From Nitrospirales bacterium (GTDB lineage: Bacteria; Nitrospirota; Nitrospiria; Nitrospirales; UBA8639), in NCBI GenBank assembly GCA_021603905.1, contig BQIU01000005.1, positions 19,261 through 83,260 on the forward strand: a DNA stretch of 64,000 nt. The letters are read 5' to 3'. This document shows, one piece after another, positions 38,692-48,325 of this stretch. The notes below the pieces were generated by a model. That model was not told the origin of the DNA and made no database searches. It was given only the letters and a program-made list of their open reading frames with translations. Made by a program: the position numbers and the translations under genes. Positions within the stretch are counted from its first letter, which is position 1; every line of letters starts with the position of its first letter.

Positions 38692-40222
38692 TGACCGTTC
38701 GTCGTGCGACGCCATGTTCGACGCCAGCCTTGGCCACAGCTTTAGCGATGTGGGATACGACTTTCTTATTAAAGACGCTAGGAATGATGTACTCTTCATT
38801 GAGGGCTGATGGAGGAACGAGATTGGCAAGGGCTTGGGCCGCAGCGAGCAGCATGGGTTCATGAATCGTCTTGGCTTGTATATCCAACGCGCCACGAAAT
38901 ATCCCAGGAAAGGCTAAGAGGTTATTGCATTGGTTTGGGTAATCAGACCGTCCACTGGCATAGACGCGACAATAGGGAACGGCCTCCTGTGGCGAAATTT
39001 CTGGATCGGGATTCGCAAGAGCAAACACGATAGGGTCTTTGGCCATCAGGGCCAAGTCTTCAGGTCTAAGCGCGTTTTGGCTGGAGAGGCCGATGACCAC
39101 GTGAGCTTTTTTTAACGCATCTTGGAGGGTTCCTGACGGACGGTCATAGTGAATGAGCGTATGGAGATCGTGAACATGATCTTGAAGAATCTTAATAGGT
39201 TGATCGAGCACTAGGCCGTTTTTGTCACAGCCTTTGATAGCTGTCGCGCCCGCTTCTATGAGCAGTTTGCAGCAGGCGGTTCCTGCGGCACCGAGCCCAA
39301 CGACGACAATTTTCACTTGACTGAGCTGGCGTCTTGTGACCTTTAGCGCGTTATATAATGCGGCAAGCACAACAACGGCTGTTCCATGTTGATCGTCATG
39401 CATCACGGGGATGTCTAAAGTCTGGCAAAGGCGTTGTTCAATATCAAAGCAGCGAGGGGCGCTGATATCTTCGAGATTAATGCCTCCAAATCCCGGAGCC
39501 AAGGCGGTAATCGTTCGGACAATCTCGTCTGGATCCTGGGTGCTGAGGCAAATAGGCCAGGCATCAATGTTGGCAAACTGATGGAGGAGCATGACCTTAC
39601 CTTCCATGACCGGAAGGGCAGCTTCCGGACCAAGGTTGCCTAGCCCAAGAATTGCTGAACCATCGGTGACGACGGCAATGCTATTCTGTTTACTTGTGAA
39701 GGTATAAGCTTTGTCTCGATCCTGCGCAATGGCTTTCACAACCCGGCCTACGCCTGGAGTATAAATCATGGAGAGCGTGTTGCGAGTTTTAATAGGGAAT
39801 TTGCTTTCGACTCGGATTTTCCCGCCCAAATGCATCATGAAGATATTGTCCGATGCGGCAACGACCTGAACGTCTGGCAATTGGCTTAAGCGTTGAAGGA
39901 TGTGTTCGCCGTGCTCCTCACTTTGCGCATCAAAGGTCACATCTCGAATGACGGATGTTTTTGTTGCTGAAATGAGGTCAACCGCCCCCACGCTTGCCCC
40001 TTCTTCTGCCAGAGCGGTCGCTAATTGTGCAAACACTCCTGGACGTTGTGTGAGTTCTAATCTGACGGCCATACGGTAATTTGAATAGGGACCTCCATCT
40101 TCTGGAGATAGGCGTTGTCTTTTTTGGCGGGCAATAATCTTGGGAGTCATGGTTTGATAGTCAGGGAAAATACTCCTCTCACTTGTGAGATTTAAGAAGG
40201 GTAAGCCATCCGTATACTTCAT
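38684..40222 (-). CDS. NAD(P)-dependent malic enzyme with an N-terminal ACT domain
   Basis: The ACT-like segment is RMAVRLELTQRPGVFAQLATALAEEGASVGAVDL. Malic-enzyme motifs are IYTPGVG, FGGINLEDI and VVVGLGAAGTAC. The start is uncertain: ATG 40222 or 40150. The longest ORF start (40360) overlaps the upstream gene. Confidence 0.85.
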   Translation of the reverse strand: MKYTDGLPFLNLTSERSIFPDYQTMTPKIIARQKRQRLSPEDGGPYSNYRMAVRLELTQRPGVFAQLATALAEEGASVGAVDLISATKTSVIRDVTFDAQSEEHGEHILQRLSQLPDVQVVAASDNIFMMHLGGKIRVESKFPIKTRNTLSMIYTPGVGRVVKAIAQDRDKAYTFTSKQNSIAVVTDGSAILGLGNLGPEAALPVMEGKVMLLHQFANIDAWPICLSTQDPDEIVRTITALAPGFGGINLEDISAPRCFDIEQRLCQTLDIPVMHDDQHGTAVVVLAALYNALKVTRRQLSQVKIVVVGLGAAGTACCKLLIEAGATAIKGCDKNGLVLDQPIKILQDHVHDLHTLIHYDRPSGTLQDALKKAHVVIGLSSQNALRPEDLALMAKDPIVFALANPDPEISPQEAVPYCRVYASGRSDYPNQCNNLLAFPGIFRGALDIQAKTIHEPMLLAAAQALANLVPPSALNEEYIIPSVFNKKVVSHIAKAVAKAGVEHGVARRTVKA

Positions 40223-40349
40223 TATAATATGCTTTTCGGATAAAATCTGCTGTAAATAAAATCTCAATGCCGGGTAGGTTAGAGAGAGGCTGCGATGGAT
40301 GATCCTGAGGGAGGGGAATTGTCGGCGGCAAGTGGACAGAAAGGATTTG

Positions 40350-40946
40350 TTACTGATCAAGAGGAATGGTGATCACGATTCCTCCTAATACGCTGTTGAG
40401 CTTGAAATCGCGTTTAGGACTGAGCGGATGTGAATTATGGCAGTGAATGCAAGCTTTTGTAACAGCTTTATCGGCAAAAATAGCCTGGAAATAGCGTTTT
40501 TTTCCACTAATGACTTGCCCCATATAGGGGGTGTCTGGATTCTTGCTGACGGTTTCCAAGCCTTGCCGTTCGAAGTCTGTTGCGGGACCATTTCGGCGAT
40601 AGATTGGCCAGAGACTGATTAAGCGGTAACGGATTCCGCTTCCTTTTTCAGCCACCAGTCGTCCTGCACGTTGGAGGAACTGAGCGGGTAAGGGAAGAGC
40701 ATTTTGTTGTTCCCAATGTTCAGCCGCGTTGACAATCCCTTTATCCTGCATCCTGTTGACGACATGAGTGGTATAGACGGTTCGGTCGGCCTCGATAATC
40801 GAGTGCGCATAGAGAGCCACCTGTTCCGGTGGAATTCCAGGATCTATGAGTGTTTTTTCACCAAATGTGAGTGGAACCCAGTTCGTGACGACAAGACAGC
40901 CACACAATATTCCCATCCACCCTAAGTGTATACCTAATCTGCTCAC
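40350..40946 (-). CDS. DUF3365 (Tll0287-like) periplasmic c-type haem protein
   Basis: N-terminal signal or anchor, one CxxCH site (CIHCH) and a C-terminal LGGIVITIPL as in DUF3365 proteins. The start overlaps the kinase stop (40943-40946). Confidence 0.65.
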   Translation of the reverse strand: MSRLGIHLGWMGILCGCLVVTNWVPLTFGEKTLIDPGIPPEQVALYAHSIIEADRTVYTTHVVNRMQDKGIVNAAEHWEQQNALPLPAQFLQRAGRLVAEKGSGIRYRLISLWPIYRRNGPATDFERQGLETVSKNPDTPYMGQVISGKKRYFQAIFADKAVTKACIHCHNSHPLSPKRDFKLNSVLGGIVITIPLDQ

Positions 40947-43414
40947 GATGCCTCCTCCTGTATCGTTTCTTGAATCTGAAATGTGATGTGACAGGATGTG
41001 CCTTCGCCTTCTTGACTTTTTACTTGAATCTGTCCGCCATATTTTTGAATGATTCTGCGGGCAATCGTTAACCCAAGTCCCGCACCTTTCCCCTGTTGTT
41101 TTGTCGTAAAAAATGGGTCGAAAATTTTCGATAATTGCGTCCGCGGTATGCCAGGGCCTGTATCCTCAATTGTGATGTGTGCCATGTTTTCTGTTAATCC
41201 TGTTGTGATGGTTAGCGTTCCTTCCTCCTCCATCGCTTGAATCGCATTTGCAAGGATATGGGCGAGAGCCTGGGAGAATTCTTGAGAAATGACTTTAATC
41301 ACCGGAAGAGGATGGTAGTTTGTCAGAATGTTGAGCGACGACGTGTCGTGGGTTTGTTTGACGAGATCAAGCGCGAGGTCTAATTGCTCATTGATATTAA
41401 CTTCAGACAGCTGTTCTGTTAGTTGTGATGTCGCTAATCCCGTAAAGTCCCTGATGATGGCCGCCATTCGTCTCCCATGTTGAACAATGTCATGGGCGTA
41501 TTCTTTGATTTGATCAGGATTGTCTTCTTGTTCGATAGCTTCTCCAAGTCCAATGACGCCGACGAGCGGATTGTTCAGTTCATGCCCAATTCCTGCACTG
41601 AGGACACCAAGGCTGGCTAGCTTTTCTTCTTTGATGAGGCGATCCTGTAAATGGCTTTCTTTGGTCATATCTCGAAATACGAGTCCTATGCCAGGTGCAT
41701 GTCCAGGTCTTGCCTTTACGGTAAACCATTCATAGCGATAGGTCTGATTATAAAGATGAAACTCCTGACCTTTTGATGTTGAACTCCAATCGGATTGCTG
41801 CTGAAGCGGGTCTCTGAATGTGTGTTGAGATTGAGGCCGAGGTGAAATTGGCGCGATGTCTTCGGCAGATACGAAGCAAATCGATTGAAACTCGTCGCCG
41901 AGCTTCTTGGTTGTTGGAGGGTCGGTTTTAAGAATTTGAAAGAGTTGTTCCCCTTCGACATGCCCATTATTGTTGAGATGAAGGGCCTCTTTGGATGCAC
42001 GGTTCATGTATTGTATCTGTTGCTCCTGGTCTAACATGATTACAGGATCGGGGACGCTATCGAGTATTTGGGTCGTTGACTCTTGAAGGTATTGAACTTC
42101 TTGGGCCTTGAGTTCGACTTCACTCTCCAGTCCGGCAAACGTTGACGCGAGTTGCCGATTCATCCGATTGACTTCGTCAGCCAATTCTTCAAGCTCGTCA
42201 TTGGTCTTAATATTCACCGGTTCTTGTAATTCGCCACGACCAATGAGTTTTGCTGCTTCTTGAAGTTGACGGATGGGTGTCACGATGCGTCCTGCGGCAA
42301 TGGCGCCAAGGGCAGCCAGCAATCCTACCGATAGTAGACCGAAGACCGAGATCCAGGTGAAGAGGTGATCGATGGGAGCAAACAGTTCTTCGGACGACTG
42401 CCAGACGAACATATGCCATCCGATTCCGGTTGAGGCCTGAGTAATGTCGCTTGTGGAGGGTAGGGGGGCAAAGCCGATAATGGAAGAACGCTCTCCGCCA
42501 TGACCGTCGCTTGGAGCCGCTGTCCAACCTTTGTGCATCGGAGTGACTAATGGAATGATCTGCGGATCGCTCAGACTCGTGCCGGTAGGAAGAATGGGAC
42601 AACTCAGCACCTTCCCATGACCGTCAATCAGCATGACATGACCGGTTTTCCCAAATCGGATAGTCTCGATTGAGGCCCCAAAAAATTCTTTGGCATCATA
42701 GATGCGATGTAAGATGCCAATGACTTGATAGCGAATGCTGTCCATGATCGGGAGTGAAAGGGTAAAGGTATAGACCTCCATTTCATCATTAAAGGCGACA
42801 TTTTCAATGTAGGGTTGTCCTACCCCATTTTTGAAGGCTCCTTTCCACCACAATTCCTGAGCATGGGCATAGGCGACATTGGTGTTCAATGTGGCGATCA
42901 GACGCCCAGCGACATCAGTGATAAATAGCCCTCGGGTGGCTGACCGCGTGATGACGGGGATCGGATGGCCTGGGTCGACATACGATCCTCCATAGTAGCG
43001 CCGGAGAGTTGTCACGAGATCGTTTTGTGTTAAGCGTTCGACGAACTCAGGATTTTGTGCAGTCCAGTTTTTGGTTTCTTGAGTGATAACCGTTTGCAAA
43101 GCTTCATCGCTGTAGGTCGCAAGCTGATCACGGTGAGCTTCCAATGCTTGAATGATGGAAATATCGGTGGTGATTTGAGAATTTTGCGCCAATTCTTCAC
43201 TCAGAATTAGGTCAATTTTTCTTGCGGTTTCCGACGCGAGGGCTTGGAAGCTTGTCCCACTCACTTCTCGGATTTCTTTGGTCCCCTGTAGAAATGCCAT
43301 GACCAGGCCAATAGTAAGCGGGAGGGTGCCCACCAGGAGCATGGAGAGGATAAGCTTGCGCTTGAGACCACGCTTAACTTTGACCGGTGTCTCTTGAGGG
43401 TGAGTAGTATCCAT
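40943..43414 (-). CDS. Membrane sensor histidine kinase (periplasmic Cache-like domain, HAMP, PAS, HisKA, HATPase_c)
   Basis: Two TM helices bracket a ~300-aa extracytoplasmic domain. H-box GIGHELNNPL, N-box LANAIQAM, G1 DTGPGI, G2 GAGLGL. Confidence 0.85.
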   Translation of the reverse strand: MDTTHPQETPVKVKRGLKRKLILSMLLVGTLPLTIGLVMAFLQGTKEIREVSGTSFQALASETARKIDLILSEELAQNSQITTDISIIQALEAHRDQLATYSDEALQTVITQETKNWTAQNPEFVERLTQNDLVTTLRRYYGGSYVDPGHPIPVITRSATRGLFITDVAGRLIATLNTNVAYAHAQELWWKGAFKNGVGQPYIENVAFNDEMEVYTFTLSLPIMDSIRYQVIGILHRIYDAKEFFGASIETIRFGKTGHVMLIDGHGKVLSCPILPTGTSLSDPQIIPLVTPMHKGWTAAPSDGHGGERSSIIGFAPLPSTSDITQASTGIGWHMFVWQSSEELFAPIDHLFTWISVFGLLSVGLLAALGAIAAGRIVTPIRQLQEAAKLIGRGELQEPVNIKTNDELEELADEVNRMNRQLASTFAGLESEVELKAQEVQYLQESTTQILDSVPDPVIMLDQEQQIQYMNRASKEALHLNNNGHVEGEQLFQILKTDPPTTKKLGDEFQSICFVSAEDIAPISPRPQSQHTFRDPLQQQSDWSSTSKGQEFHLYNQTYRYEWFTVKARPGHAPGIGLVFRDMTKESHLQDRLIKEEKLASLGVLSAGIGHELNNPLVGVIGLGEAIEQEDNPDQIKEYAHDIVQHGRRMAAIIRDFTGLATSQLTEQLSEVNINEQLDLALDLVKQTHDTSSLNILTNYHPLPVIKVISQEFSQALAHILANAIQAMEEEGTLTITTGLTENMAHITIEDTGPGIPRTQLSKIFDPFFTTKQQGKGAGLGLTIARRIIQKYGGQIQVKSQEGEGTSCHITFQIQETIQEEAS

Positions 43415-43432
43415 GAACTCACTATACCTTGC

Positions 43433-44464
43433 CTACTGCTGATAGGCGTGAGCAATTTCAATCGTAAATGTTGTGCCTTTGCCGACTTCGCTTTTGACGG
43501 AAAGTTTGCCGTTATATTTTTTGATCATGGCTTTCACGGTGTGGAGGCCTAAGCCTGTCCCTTGTCCCTTTGGTTTGGTGGTGAAGAATGGGTCGAAAAT
43601 TTTCCCTAAATTTTCTTTTGCAATTCCAGACCCGGTGTCGGAAATGGCAATCTTACCGAATCCGTTTTCTTGCCATGTGTCGAGAGTCAAGGTTCCCTTG
43701 CCATCCATCGCATGGATGGCATTGGTAATCAGATTCACGAGGACCTGAAAGAGTTCATCCGGATTGGCGAGGACTTCAAGTTGACCTTGATAGTTTTTAA
43801 TGATCGACAGGTCCTGAAGAATTGTTGCAAATTGAGCAATTTTCACGGCCTCATCGATGGTCGAGTTGACTTCAACTGGGATCGCATCACCAGGTTTAGC
43901 GGCTCTGGCATATTGTGTAATGTTTTGACAAATTCCTTGTATGCGTTTCCCAGCTTCAATAATGCTGCTGGCTTGTGTATGAATTGTGTCAAGATCAGTT
44001 TCTTCCATAATATTTTCTGAAAAGGCCAGCAAGATATACAGCGGATTATTGATGTCATGAGCAATGCCTGAGGCAAACGTGCCCATTCCTGCAAGTTTTT
44101 CTGCTTGAAACAATTGCGATTGCATCTGTGATGTATGTTTGACGAGATCCCACAAGACTTTGGAGGCGGCACCTCCTAAGACTTCTGTCTCGGTATGCTT
44201 GTGTGTGGCTACCAAATTTTCGATTTCAGGGTCGCCGGTCACATTGACAATGAGATTGACTCCTGAACGACGGATCAGGCGTAATGGGTCTTGTGTCGTA
44301 GGTATATGAAGTCTGGTCGCGTACTCAAGCGCAGGGGCTGATGCGTCTCGATCAGCAATGCCGATGATTTCAACTCTCGGGAGGTTGGTGAAGAGTTCAA
44401 GAAGGGCGGACCCCCCTTTTCCAGCTCCTAAGATGACAATGGTCGTGTGATCTTGGTTGTTCAT
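43433..44464 (-). CDS. Soluble histidine kinase with an N-terminal Rossmann-type (GxGxxG) domain
   Basis: N-terminal [18 protein letters not shown]...IIGIADRD. H-box [30 protein letters not shown]. No TM segment. Confidence 0.8.
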   Translation of the reverse strand: MNNQDHTTIVILGAGKGGSALLELFTNLPRVEIIGIADRDASAPALEYATRLHIPTTQDPLRLIRRSGVNLIVNVTGDPEIENLVATHKHTETEVLGGAASKVLWDLVKHTSQMQSQLFQAEKLAGMGTFASGIAHDINNPLYILLAFSENIMEETDLDTIHTQASSIIEAGKRIQGICQNITQYARAAKPGDAIPVEVNSTIDEAVKIAQFATILQDLSIIKNYQGQLEVLANPDELFQVLVNLITNAIHAMDGKGTLTLDTWQENGFGKIAISDTGSGIAKENLGKIFDPFFTTKPKGQGTGLGLHTVKAMIKKYNGKLSVKSEVGKGTTFTIEIAHAYQQ

Positions 44465-44593
44465 AGTTTCAAAACCTTATGAGGAGTCAACATGTGTCAC
44501 GGCGTGCATGAAGTAGGAAAACGAAGAATTCTCCCAGGGAAGTCGTAGCGGCGATGCCTTAAAAGTGTCCAAAACATCAACTTTCCTCGACTG

Positions 44594-44621
44594 CAGCCCT
44601 CCCTGATCGCAGGGAGAGCTG
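44594..44621 (-). other. GC-rich hairpin in the response-regulator/kinase intergenic spacer
   Basis: CAGCCCTCCCTG-ATCG-CAGGGAGAGCTG: a 12-position stem with one mismatch and a 4-nt loop. No U-tract follows on the minus strand, so it is not a canonical intrinsic terminator. Confidence 0.3.
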
Positions 44622-44725
44622 TGAGAGTCTGGAACCAGGACAAAAACCAAATCGGGTAGGAGGCGTATCAGAGTCAACTGATCAGGAATTCTCCGCGTCA
44701 AACGTTGAATCGTATTGTATCTTCA

Positions 44726-45160
44726 TCAGAATCCGCGGAGTTCACGCTGTCCCATGGCTTGCGCTACGGCAGCTCGTAGTTTCTCAGCCTCTACGGGTTT
44801 AACCAAATAGTCGACAATGCCATGTTTTAACAGAGATGTCGCCATATCCATATCGGGAAATCCCGTTAACACGATCAGAGGAACGCTGGGCCATTCCTGT
44901 TTGTAATAGTTGATCACGTCAATACCGTTTTTGTTGGGCATACGGATATCGGTGATAATCACATCGAGGACAATCGAATTTTCGCCTTTTTTAATTTCTT
45001 CGATAGCTTTTTCTCCATCTTCAGCTTCTAGGACATGATAGCCTGATTTTTCCAATGTCATGCGAACCACTTTCCTGACATCAGGTTCGTCATCGACAAT
45101 GAGGACAAGTCCTTCAGAGGGCTGTCCACTGAACATATACGCTGATTTGGGTTGTGACAT
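44726..45160 (-). CDS. Single-domain CheY-like response regulator
   Basis: LIVDDEPDVRKVV, the phospho-acceptor context DVIITDIRMP, LTGF and DYLVKP. Confidence 0.9.
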   Translation of the reverse strand: MSQPKSAYMFSGQPSEGLVLIVDDEPDVRKVVRMTLEKSGYHVLEAEDGEKAIEEIKKGENSIVLDVIITDIRMPNKNGIDVINYYKQEWPSVPLIVLTGFPDMDMATSLLKHGIVDYLVKPVEAEKLRAAVAQAMGQRELRGF

Positions 45161-45323
45161 GCGATTACCTCCTACGTTAAAGATAAAGTGAGAATGCTTT
45201 TTCGCATCAGAACATCTATTGAAACTAGCAGAAACGTCAATAAATGATAAAGATTATTATAAAGAATTTCTTTGATTCGTTGGCTTACTCATCTGAGACT
45301 TTTCCCTGATGATGATGTTTTAT

Positions 45324-47894
45324 TCATAAATTTGTGGGGTCAGGAACAGGAAAGTTGAGTGTAAAGGTCGTACCTTTTCCCTGTTCACTTTCTACCGTAA
45401 TGGTTCCTCCATGTGCCTCCACAATATCTTTGATGATCTTGGTTCCGAGTCCAGTCCCACCCATTTTTCGACTGATAGTTTCTCGCGAGAACAAGCGGTC
45501 ACGGATTTCAGGATGCATGCCGTTGCCAGTATCGGTAACCGCGAGTGTTAAGGTGAGTGGGGCCGGTCCCGTTTGCCCTGTAATAGTCACCGTTCCCCCA
45601 GAGGGCATTTCAGGGATAGCGTTATAAACAAGGTTGTATAAGGCGTTAAAGAGACGAGTCTTGTCACCGTGTATGATCGGGAGAGAGTCAAGCATCCTGG
45701 CATGTAAGGAAATGTTCTTATCGGAGGTATAGAGCCTCAAGGATGCAAAGACCTCTTCCACAACTTCGGATAGTCGGCAAGGAGTAAACTTGGGTGGACT
45801 GATCGTTCCCTTGACGGTATCGGCAATCTCGCGAACTTGCCTGTGCAGTCTCCAGGCGTTGTTGATGATCATGCCTATAGCTTCGTGGGTAAACACTATA
45901 GTGTTTAGTGTTTCTTTACCTGTGCTAGCAGAGAGACTCGAAAAGTGTTCTCGTAGTTCTTCCTCGAGTAGTTTTGCTCCATTGAGGACAGGCATGAGCA
46001 TATTTTTCATATCATGAGTGATGTCTCCCAGTACTCGAGTGACTTCGGCAAGTTTGGCGTCTTCTTGCTGTTGTATGGCCAATCGTGTTTGTTCGGTGAT
46101 GTCTTGAAACGTCACGAATGTTCCCACGAGTTGTTCATTTTCCCAAACTGGTGTGCTGGTGTAGTTTACAGAAAAGTGAGTGTGGTCTTTTTTCCGAAGT
46201 ACAGCATTCTCAGAATGATGGATTTCTCCACTCTTTACGGTGTGACACATCAGGCACGACGCTTGTGAGAGGTGTGAGTCTCGGGTGTTTGTTTGATGTG
46301 CGGTCTCATGTATGGAAGCCCCAACAAGTTCCTGCACTTCATACCCGAGTAGTTTGGCCCCAGCTGGATTGATAAACACCATCTTGCCTTCGGGATCTAA
46401 CCAATAAATGCCCTCTTCTGTGGAAGCGAGAATTCGTTCGTTGTATTTTGCGATCTTCAGGTGTGTGTCGAATAAAATATTACGTTCGATAGCAGTGGTG
46501 ATATGGTTCGCAGTCATCTCCAGACTATTTTGCATGAAGGCGCTGATCGGATATCGGAAACCAAGGGCGAGCACCCCTATGATTTTTTGGTTCTTCTGTA
46601 GCGGGTATCCGGCGAAAGCGACAAGATATTCTTGTCTAGCCCATTCCTGGGCTAATACGTGAGGATCACCGATGACGGTGTTGGTGAAGTAGGATTTTCC
46701 CGTCTCTGCGATTTCAGTTATGTTGAATTGGTCAACTCGCCTTGGCCTGTCGGTATAATTAATCTGAGTGTTGTGTTCGGCGGTACCTTGTAGCTCTAGG
46801 GTGTGATCTTGAGGATTATGTGTCCAGATTTGTGTGATAATGGCATCAAGATGGCGAACGAACGATTCGGTTGCCTTTTGTAAGAAGGTTGAAAGTTCGT
46901 GTTCTTGTGAAACGATCTGTCCGATCTCTGTGTTTAAGGCAAGCAGGCAATTTCTTTCTTCCAGGTCTCGTTCCAATTTTTTTCGTTCAGAAATATCACG
47001 GATAAGCTCACAAAAAAACACGTCATTTGTTTTCTCTGAATGTGAAAGCAATAGTTTAATCGGGAATTCTTCTCCTCTCCCTTTAACGCCTTGGAGATCA
47101 GCGATTGTTCCCGCGATATGTCCCCAATTATATCCCTGGAATTGTTCAAGCTTTTGCTGATCGCCACTATGGTATCGATCAGGCATAATAAAAGTGAGTG
47201 GTTTGCCGAGGATATCTTTAGCACGATATCCAAACATATGTTCAGCAGAAGAGTTCCACGAAAGGATGTGACCATCTTGGTTCCCTAAGATAATTGCATC
47301 TTGAGCTGTCCGAACAATCGATTGATATCGCGCTCGAAAGGTAATGAATTCTAAAGTCGTGGTTTCAGCGATTTTCCTTAAGAATCGTTTTTCCTTAACT
47401 TGCTGAAGAGCCTTGATGCGTTGATAGTTCTCGTAAGATTTCCAAAGAAATTCATCTTCTCCAATACTTTGAAACTGGAAGTTTATGTCTGATGGTACAT
47501 GCTGAATAAGCAAGTGGATTGGAAGCTTTATGGCTAGACGATTGAAGGAATTCAAAATGGCTAATTGTTGGAAATCCAATGTCTCGACATCGAGTAGCAG
47601 AGTGTCATATCGTTTCTGTTTTACTCTTATGATGGCGTCCTTCCATGAAGTCACTGTGTCAACGGCATAACCAAGTTCCACCAAAAAGTCGGACGATGTG
47701 ATAGGAGAGTGAGCTCCATGCTGCAGGATGAGAATGGAATAAGTCGTATTTGTGTGCCGACACGTACGCATGGTTTTTATCTCGAAGGATGTGCTTCTTT
47801 TAACCTTAGAAAAGCAAATTTCGGTCCATTTGCGTTTTCGAATAGGCTTCGTCGTAGGCTGTTGGTTTTTAAACGAATTTAAAATGTCAGTCAT
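45324..47894 (-). CDS. Multidomain sensor histidine kinase (degenerate receiver-like N-terminus, PAS, GAF, PAS, kinase core)
   Basis: 856 aa. PAS-type segments are DAIILGNQDGHILSWNSSAEHMFGY and EGIYWLDPEGKMVFINPAGAKLLGY, with a GAF-like middle. H-box ITHDMKNML, N-box VYNAIPEM, G-boxes DTGNGM and GTGLG. Confidence 0.85.
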   Translation of the reverse strand: MTDILNSFKNQQPTTKPIRKRKWTEICFSKVKRSTSFEIKTMRTCRHTNTTYSILILQHGAHSPITSSDFLVELGYAVDTVTSWKDAIIRVKQKRYDTLLLDVETLDFQQLAILNSFNRLAIKLPIHLLIQHVPSDINFQFQSIGEDEFLWKSYENYQRIKALQQVKEKRFLRKIAETTTLEFITFRARYQSIVRTAQDAIILGNQDGHILSWNSSAEHMFGYRAKDILGKPLTFIMPDRYHSGDQQKLEQFQGYNWGHIAGTIADLQGVKGRGEEFPIKLLLSHSEKTNDVFFCELIRDISERKKLERDLEERNCLLALNTEIGQIVSQEHELSTFLQKATESFVRHLDAIITQIWTHNPQDHTLELQGTAEHNTQINYTDRPRRVDQFNITEIAETGKSYFTNTVIGDPHVLAQEWARQEYLVAFAGYPLQKNQKIIGVLALGFRYPISAFMQNSLEMTANHITTAIERNILFDTHLKIAKYNERILASTEEGIYWLDPEGKMVFINPAGAKLLGYEVQELVGASIHETAHQTNTRDSHLSQASCLMCHTVKSGEIHHSENAVLRKKDHTHFSVNYTSTPVWENEQLVGTFVTFQDITEQTRLAIQQQEDAKLAEVTRVLGDITHDMKNMLMPVLNGAKLLEEELREHFSSLSASTGKETLNTIVFTHEAIGMIINNAWRLHRQVREIADTVKGTISPPKFTPCRLSEVVEEVFASLRLYTSDKNISLHARMLDSLPIIHGDKTRLFNALYNLVYNAIPEMPSGGTVTITGQTGPAPLTLTLAVTDTGNGMHPEIRDRLFSRETISRKMGGTGLGTKIIKDIVEAHGGTITVESEQGKGTTFTLNFPVPDPTNL

Positions 47895-48325
47895 GATCGA
47901 TTCGTGATTGGGACGTTGAGAGTTATGAGCAATTCCATCTATTTAGATAAATGAAGTCGTCGATTGGATACAAAGAAAAAATCCACATGACACACCTATT
48001 CAAGTCCCACATGCGTCCAATTTTCATTTTCTTCGAGCGTTCTTAAGCTAGAGTCCTTTGTGAACGTAAACTGGGTACGCAGGCAGCTAGGGCGTGAAAA
48101 TATAAAAGCCCTTCGAGCAAATTTATGCCGAAGGGCTTGAGACTGTTGTTGAATTTTCCTGAAGATAGACATGCCCGATTCTCCTTGAACCGGCTTCAGA
48201 CCACTATCAATTAAATGCCGATTGGATAGCAATGTCAAGGATTTGTCGCCGAGATATCACATTCAGAATCAGGGTTAGTAAAGGTGCTGATGGTTTTGGA
48301 TGTGATGAGCTGGGATTTGCTTACA

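Noticed and set aside
38451-38864. 137-aa plus-strand ORF containing HASRFTLHASRFTLHASRFTL
   Set aside because: The repetitive peptide is just the heptanucleotide tandem repeat translated. The ORF overlaps the uppP 3' end and the malic-enzyme 3' end and has no coding support.
44477-44701. 74-aa minus-strand ORF filling the response-regulator/kinase spacer
   Set aside because: It has no motif or RBS, and it spans the GC-rich hairpin. The spacer is more plausibly non-coding.
44465-44725. Possible third copy of the 37.4/49.3-kb repeated element (shares AACGTTGAAT)
   Set aside because: Only one ~10-nt block matches. Blocks A, B, D, E and F are absent, so the match is consistent with chance.
47996-48238. 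80-aa minus-strand ORF between the pseudogene and the large kinase
   Set aside because: It has no recognisable motif, RBS or context. The region is more likely the promoter and 5' UTR of the kinase gene.
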